Assembly (NCBI RefSeq): GCF_000196355.1 | Contig: NC_007616.1 | Coordinates: forward strand, 1-17,036 | Direction: 5' to 3' | Length of the DNA: 17,036 nucleotides | From: Nitrosospira multiformis ATCC 25196 | GTDB taxonomy: Bacteria > Pseudomonadota > Gammaproteobacteria > Burkholderiales > Nitrosomonadaceae | Shown: positions 13,678 through 17,036 of the stretch, piece by piece | How positions within the stretch are numbered: the first letter of the stretch is position 1 | Layout: the number at the start of each line of letters is the position of its first letter | Program-made: the position numbers and the translations under genes | Notes under the pieces: model-generated | What the model saw: only the letters and a program-made list of their open reading frames with translations | What the model was told of the DNA's origin: nothing | The model's database searches: none

Positions 13678-15663
13678 GTGGGTAACGACATTCTGGCTTT
13701 GGGAGAAAGCCAGCCAAAATACAATCGCCGAGCATTGGCCTCGGCCCAATTTATTCCCCAGGAATATCTAGACCGACAGGGATACCGCAAAGGCGATTTC
13801 TGGCTTGGCCGAACCCTCAACGGACGGCCTTTCGGTTGGAACGAGGAAATGAATCTGCTGACCTGTGCGGGACCAGGGGCAGGGAAGGGCGTTTCGACAG
13901 TCGTACCGAACCTGCTGGAATTTCCTGGGAGCGCAGTGGTAGTGGATCCAAAGGGAGAGCTGGCCAGCATGACTGCCGCTTTCCGTCGCGACGTGCTTGG
14001 ACAGAAGGTCATCGTCCTGGATCCTGCGCGAACTGCTAAGGTAAGCGAGGATCTGCGCGGCACTTACAACCCTTTCGACGAACTGGATGCGGACGATCCC
14101 TTTGTTACGACCGCCGCCCAGGTTATTGCCTCCGGGATCGTCGTTCCCAATCCCAAGGCAAAAGAACCGTTCTGGGACGACAACGCTCTCGATTTCATTC
14201 AGTCGTGCATCCTCTATATGGTGCGGCATTATCCGCCTAATTTACGCACCCTTATGAAGCTGCGGGAGACGGTTTCTATGGGGGACAGCGACCTCTTCGA
14301 TGCATATGTACGGCGCAAACAAGAAGAGGATCCAGATTTTATGGGATCCGAAAGTGATGCCTTCGGGCTGTTCCTGAAAGAAATGTTTAACACCCCGGAC
14401 TTTGGCGGCGTGATACGTGAGACTGCCGCCAAAATCGGGCGAATGGGCGAAAACACGAAAGGCAGTGTACTTTCTACAGCGGCCACACATCTGGACTTCG
14501 TAAAATCCCCGGAACTTTGGGACGTGCTGCAATCGAACCCGGACCCGTCTCGAACCTTCCGGCTGCGGGAGCTGAGACGTAATGACCGGCCCCTCACGGT
14601 CTATCTATGCCTTCCTGTAGACATGATCCCGCGTCAAGGAAGATGGTTTCGGATGATCATATCCCGCATCATCCAATCCATCGAACGCAGCGAATTCGAT
14701 AAAAAACGAGATCACCCTGTTTTGATGATGATCGACGAGTTTTTTCAGCTCGGTCCGATTCCTTCTATTACTAACACCCTCACATATTCACGAAGCTTTG
14801 GGCTGCGGCTGTGGCTAATTGTGCAAGATTTGAATCAGCTTAAAACCAATTACCCGGACGCCTGGGAAACCATTCTCGGTTCCTGCGGAATAAAGCAGTT
14901 TTTCGGAGTAAACGATCTCGTTACCGCTAAATATGTTTCGGAATTGATTGGGGAAGAAGAGATAGATATACCCTCGATCTCGCTTACCAAAACCTCTTCC
15001 GGGACGGAGAGCAGAAACTCCTCGCAAACGCACAGCCAAGGGATGACCAGTACCGCCGGAAATAACTGGTCAAGCAGTACAGGAAGGTCTGTATCCTTTT
15101 CGCGCACGAATAGCACAAACCATAACATTACGACCGGGCGCGGGATTTCCAATAATCAGGCTGCCAGCAGCGGGGTAAGCGAAAGTTGGGGAAGCGGTGC
15201 CAATAACGGGGAAACTATTACAAATAGTCAACAAACTTCCCAGAACTCGGGACGCTCTGCGCACGCAACTACGGGACAAAATTACGGCGTTAGCAGCTCC
15301 CTTGGCCAGTCCTCCTCCCTATCTGGCTCGGCAGGCCAAAGCGCCTCTTCTGGCATGACGTTTGGCTCAAGTATCTCGGACACCCGGGGCGGATCCATCT
15401 CGACATCAGAAAGCCGAAATATCTCCAACACGGCGGGAGAAGGTTCCTCTGTTTCAACCGGGATAAATTACGCTTTTTCTGTTTCCAAACAGAAAAGACG
15501 GCTCCTGCGCCCCGAAGATGTTCTGGTGAGCTTCACCAAAAAGAACCTGGTGCAACTTACGCATATTCGAGATCAGGGGGGCATGATGCTATTCCGTACC
15601 CCATTCTATGCCGATCCGTATTTCCGATTCCTTCTGACGGAAAAAACAAAAAATGACACATAA
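13678..15663 (+). CDS. Type IV coupling protein (VirD4/TraG/TraD family ATPase) lacking the N-terminal transmembrane domain, with a large Ser-rich insertion
   Basis: GTG start. Walker A is CAGPGAGKGVSTVVPNLL, followed by SAVVVDPKGE. Walker B is HPVLMMIDEFFQLG. It also has SRSFGLRLWLIVQDLNQLKTNY and a C-terminal RRLLRPEDV...FRTPFYADPYF. Only about 20 aa precede the soluble-domain homology, with no hydrophobic helix. Confidence 0.85.
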   Translation: MGNDILALGESQPKYNRRALASAQFIPQEYLDRQGYRKGDFWLGRTLNGRPFGWNEEMNLLTCAGPGAGKGVSTVVPNLLEFPGSAVVVDPKGELASMTAAFRRDVLGQKVIVLDPARTAKVSEDLRGTYNPFDELDADDPFVTTAAQVIASGIVVPNPKAKEPFWDDNALDFIQSCILYMVRHYPPNLRTLMKLRETVSMGDSDLFDAYVRRKQEEDPDFMGSESDAFGLFLKEMFNTPDFGGVIRETAAKIGRMGENTKGSVLSTAATHLDFVKSPELWDVLQSNPDPSRTFRLRELRRNDRPLTVYLCLPVDMIPRQGRWFRMIISRIIQSIERSEFDKKRDHPVLMMIDEFFQLGPIPSITNTLTYSRSFGLRLWLIVQDLNQLKTNYPDAWETILGSCGIKQFFGVNDLVTAKYVSELIGEEEIDIPSISLTKTSSGTESRNSSQTHSQGMTSTAGNNWSSSTGRSVSFSRTNSTNHNITTGRGISNNQAASSGVSESWGSGANNGETITNSQQTSQNSGRSAHATTGQNYGVSSSLGQSSSLSGSAGQSASSGMTFGSSISDTRGGSISTSESRNISNTAGEGSSVSTGINYAFSVSKQKRRLLRPEDVLVSFTKKNLVQLTHIRDQGGMMLFRTPFYADPYFRFLLTEKTKNDT

Positions 15664-16426
15664 CCCTCCACCAGAAGGGGCCAGATGGGATATCCCGGAC
15701 TGGAGCCCCGTTCAGGAAGCCGATTCTGATAAGCACAAGTCCTATCTTGACCAGCTAGACGAGTTACAGGACCTGCGCCGACAGCTCGCTGACATGAAGA
15801 ACCGTCCCCCCGAGCAACCTGCGCAACCTGAGCAAAAGGACAATTTCGAAACAAGAAGCGCCGCAATCAAATCTCTTATCATCAAGCTTGACACCATAGC
15901 ACGCCGTAATCCGCCTGCTATCCTAGACGATGAAGATATAAATGGCAGGTTTGATGCTATCGAGGCATTCTTGAAGAAATACGGTCTTCTCAATATCGGA
16001 ACCCAACGATCTTACAATTCTCCATTTCTCACATTAGGGCAAGCTGCCCGATCAGATCTGGAAATAAATCTGGCCGAGCTTGAGGTAGCACGCACTCATT
16101 TCCTTCGATGGCACGGCTCGATGGCAAAAAATCTGCCCCCTCCGCCAAAAACTGAACCCAGCGGTATTATTAACCGCATGATTGAGCTATATCACTATCC
16201 AAGAAAAGAGGATCCCGAGATTGCGCATATCAAAGCCTACTTAGGGACAGAGTATATTAAATTTAATCCCCAGGGAGTGGCATCTGAAACCGACAAGAAT
16301 TCATTTAAAACAATAGCTTTAAAAAAACTCCCATTTGAGATGCGGGTATTGAAATACTGTTTGGAGCTTTGGGTTATTGCTCTAATTGGAATGCTAATAG
16401 GCGGTTTAATACGCCTCTTCATATGA
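15653..16426 (+). CDS. Hypothetical tail-anchored membrane protein, 257 aa
   Basis: The ATG overlaps the coupling-protein stop by 11 nt. The N-terminus is Pro/Gln/Glu-rich with a predicted coiled segment (LDQLDELQDLRRQLADMK). A single hydrophobic helix sits at the extreme C-terminus (LELWVIALIGMLIGGLIRLFI). Confidence 0.6.
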   Translation: MTHNPPPEGARWDIPDWSPVQEADSDKHKSYLDQLDELQDLRRQLADMKNRPPEQPAQPEQKDNFETRSAAIKSLIIKLDTIARRNPPAILDDEDINGRFDAIEAFLKKYGLLNIGTQRSYNSPFLTLGQAARSDLEINLAELEVARTHFLRWHGSMAKNLPPPPKTEPSGIINRMIELYHYPRKEDPEIAHIKAYLGTEYIKFNPQGVASETDKNSFKTIALKKLPFEMRVLKYCLELWVIALIGMLIGGLIRLFI

Positions 16427-16441
16427 TAGAGACAAAAAAAA

Positions 16442-16705
16442 TTGAACGTATTTTCGGTCATTGCAACCACTCTTAAAGTAGCGAGATTTCTCACCGTTAA
16501 GGCGGGCTTATGCGAAAACTGCAATATTCGTAAACCGATATGTCAATGCAAAAATTGCGACGCTAATATTTGCGAAAAATGTGTCGAATGGATTTATTGG
16601 AGCAGGCGTCAGTATAACGAGAGGTCGCGGAAAGCATATGGACCCAATGCCCACCAAACTGATTATATAGAGTGTCCAATATGCAACAAACCATGGCAAG
16701 AATAA
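16442..16705 (+). CDS. Putative small Cys-rich (zinc-ribbon/RING-like) protein, 87 aa, with a TTG start
   Basis: Nine Cys residues arranged CxxC...CxC..C....CxxC...(30 aa)...CxxC: CENC, CQC, C, CEKC, CPIC. There is no in-frame ATG anywhere in the ORF and only a weak RBS, so the coding call is tentative. Confidence 0.4.
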   Translation: MNVFSVIATTLKVARFLTVKAGLCENCNIRKPICQCKNCDANICEKCVEWIYWSRRQYNERSRKAYGPNAHQTDYIECPICNKPWQE

Positions 16706-16722
16706 TGGAGAGGACGCTACCC

Positions 16723-17036
16723 CTAAAAGCTATATAGCTTGTTTGCCTTCAGCGCACGACGCAGGGTGCCTCGATCAACGTTCAATAGCCCTGCCATACC
16801 AGAAACCGTTTCCCGCCCCTCCCGCACCATCTGCGCTGCATGATTGATCTGTTCTTGGCTCAGCTTCCCGGGACGACCTACATGCTTTCCCCGCCGCCTG
16901 GCCGCCTGCATCCCTGCCTTTGAACGCTCCGATATCAATGACCGCTCGAACTCGGCCAGAGCGCCCATGATGTGAAAAACCAGTTTCCCTCCGGCAGTCG
17001 TTGTGTCGATCCCGTCTGAGAGGCTTTCAAACCCAG
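16723..17036 (-). CDS. Serine recombinase, C-terminal part (E-helix plus HTH DNA-binding domain); the 5' part lies at 256..1
   Basis: Minus-strand reading from the window end gives (2 leftover nt) GFESLSDGIDTTTAGGKLVFHIMGALAEFERSLISERSKAGMQAARRRGKHVGRPGKLSQEQINHAAQMVREGRETVSGMAGLLNVDRGTLRRALKANKLYSF*. Confidence 0.9.
   Translation of the reverse strand, partial: GFESLSDGIDTTTAGGKLVFHIMGALAEFERSLISERSKAGMQAARRRGKHVGRPGKLSQEQINHAAQMVREGRETVSGMAGLLNVDRGTLRRALKANKLYSF

Noticed and set aside
13674-14229. Minus-strand ORFs of 129 and 153 aa antisense to the coupling-protein gene
   Set aside because: They lie antisense to a frame with unambiguous Walker A and TraG motifs, and they have no motifs or RBS of their own.
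1-17036. Depletion of CTGCAG sites as evidence for PstI-like specificity
   Set aside because: I found at least two sites by eye, against roughly four expected for 17 kb. The numbers are too small and my scan too unreliable to support any avoidance claim.

Overview
The window is best read as a complete circular plasmid of about 17.0 kb, linearised inside its own serine-resolvase gene. The N-terminal half lies at 1-256 and the C-terminal half at 16723-17036, on the same strand, and the codon phase closes exactly across the junction.

Backbone:
- ParA plus a small partner protein (7748-8699), with an AT-rich TCCTAT repeat array.
- oriV with a consensus DnaA box and five or six 22-bp iterons (8984-9250), followed by RepA (9223-10275).
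- MobC plus relaxase (10306-12308), with a hairpin-rich candidate oriT region upstream.
- A five-gene plus-strand operon (12870-16705) built around a VirD4/TraG-type coupling ATPase. This ATPase has no N-terminal membrane domain and carries a Ser/Thr/Gly/Asn-rich insertion of about 170 aa.

Accessory and defence arc (673-7590):
- An Abi_2-type abortive-infection protein.
- An overlapping XRE-ImmA/IrrE pair.
- A divergent YjzC-like + DUF3892 cassette. Its second gene is cut by an IS3-family (IS407-like) element of 1199 bp with a 4-bp ACGG target duplication.
- A PstI/BsuBI-family type II R-M operon.

I saw no T4SS mating-pair genes, rRNA, tRNA or CRISPR array.

Best candidates for something undescribed:
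- The TM-less coupling-ATPase operon, whose partners are a tail-anchored protein, a Cys-rich protein and two orphan proteins.
- The XRE/ImmA switch facing the YjzC-DUF3892 cassette, next to Abi and R-M.
- Inverted repeats of about 53-65 bp that bracket the whole rep-mob module, with partial extra copies elsewhere.

All family assignments come from motif recognition by eye; no database search was possible. The host is unknown. The RepA and MobC/relaxase types suggest an alphaproteobacterial-style small plasmid, which is only an impression.
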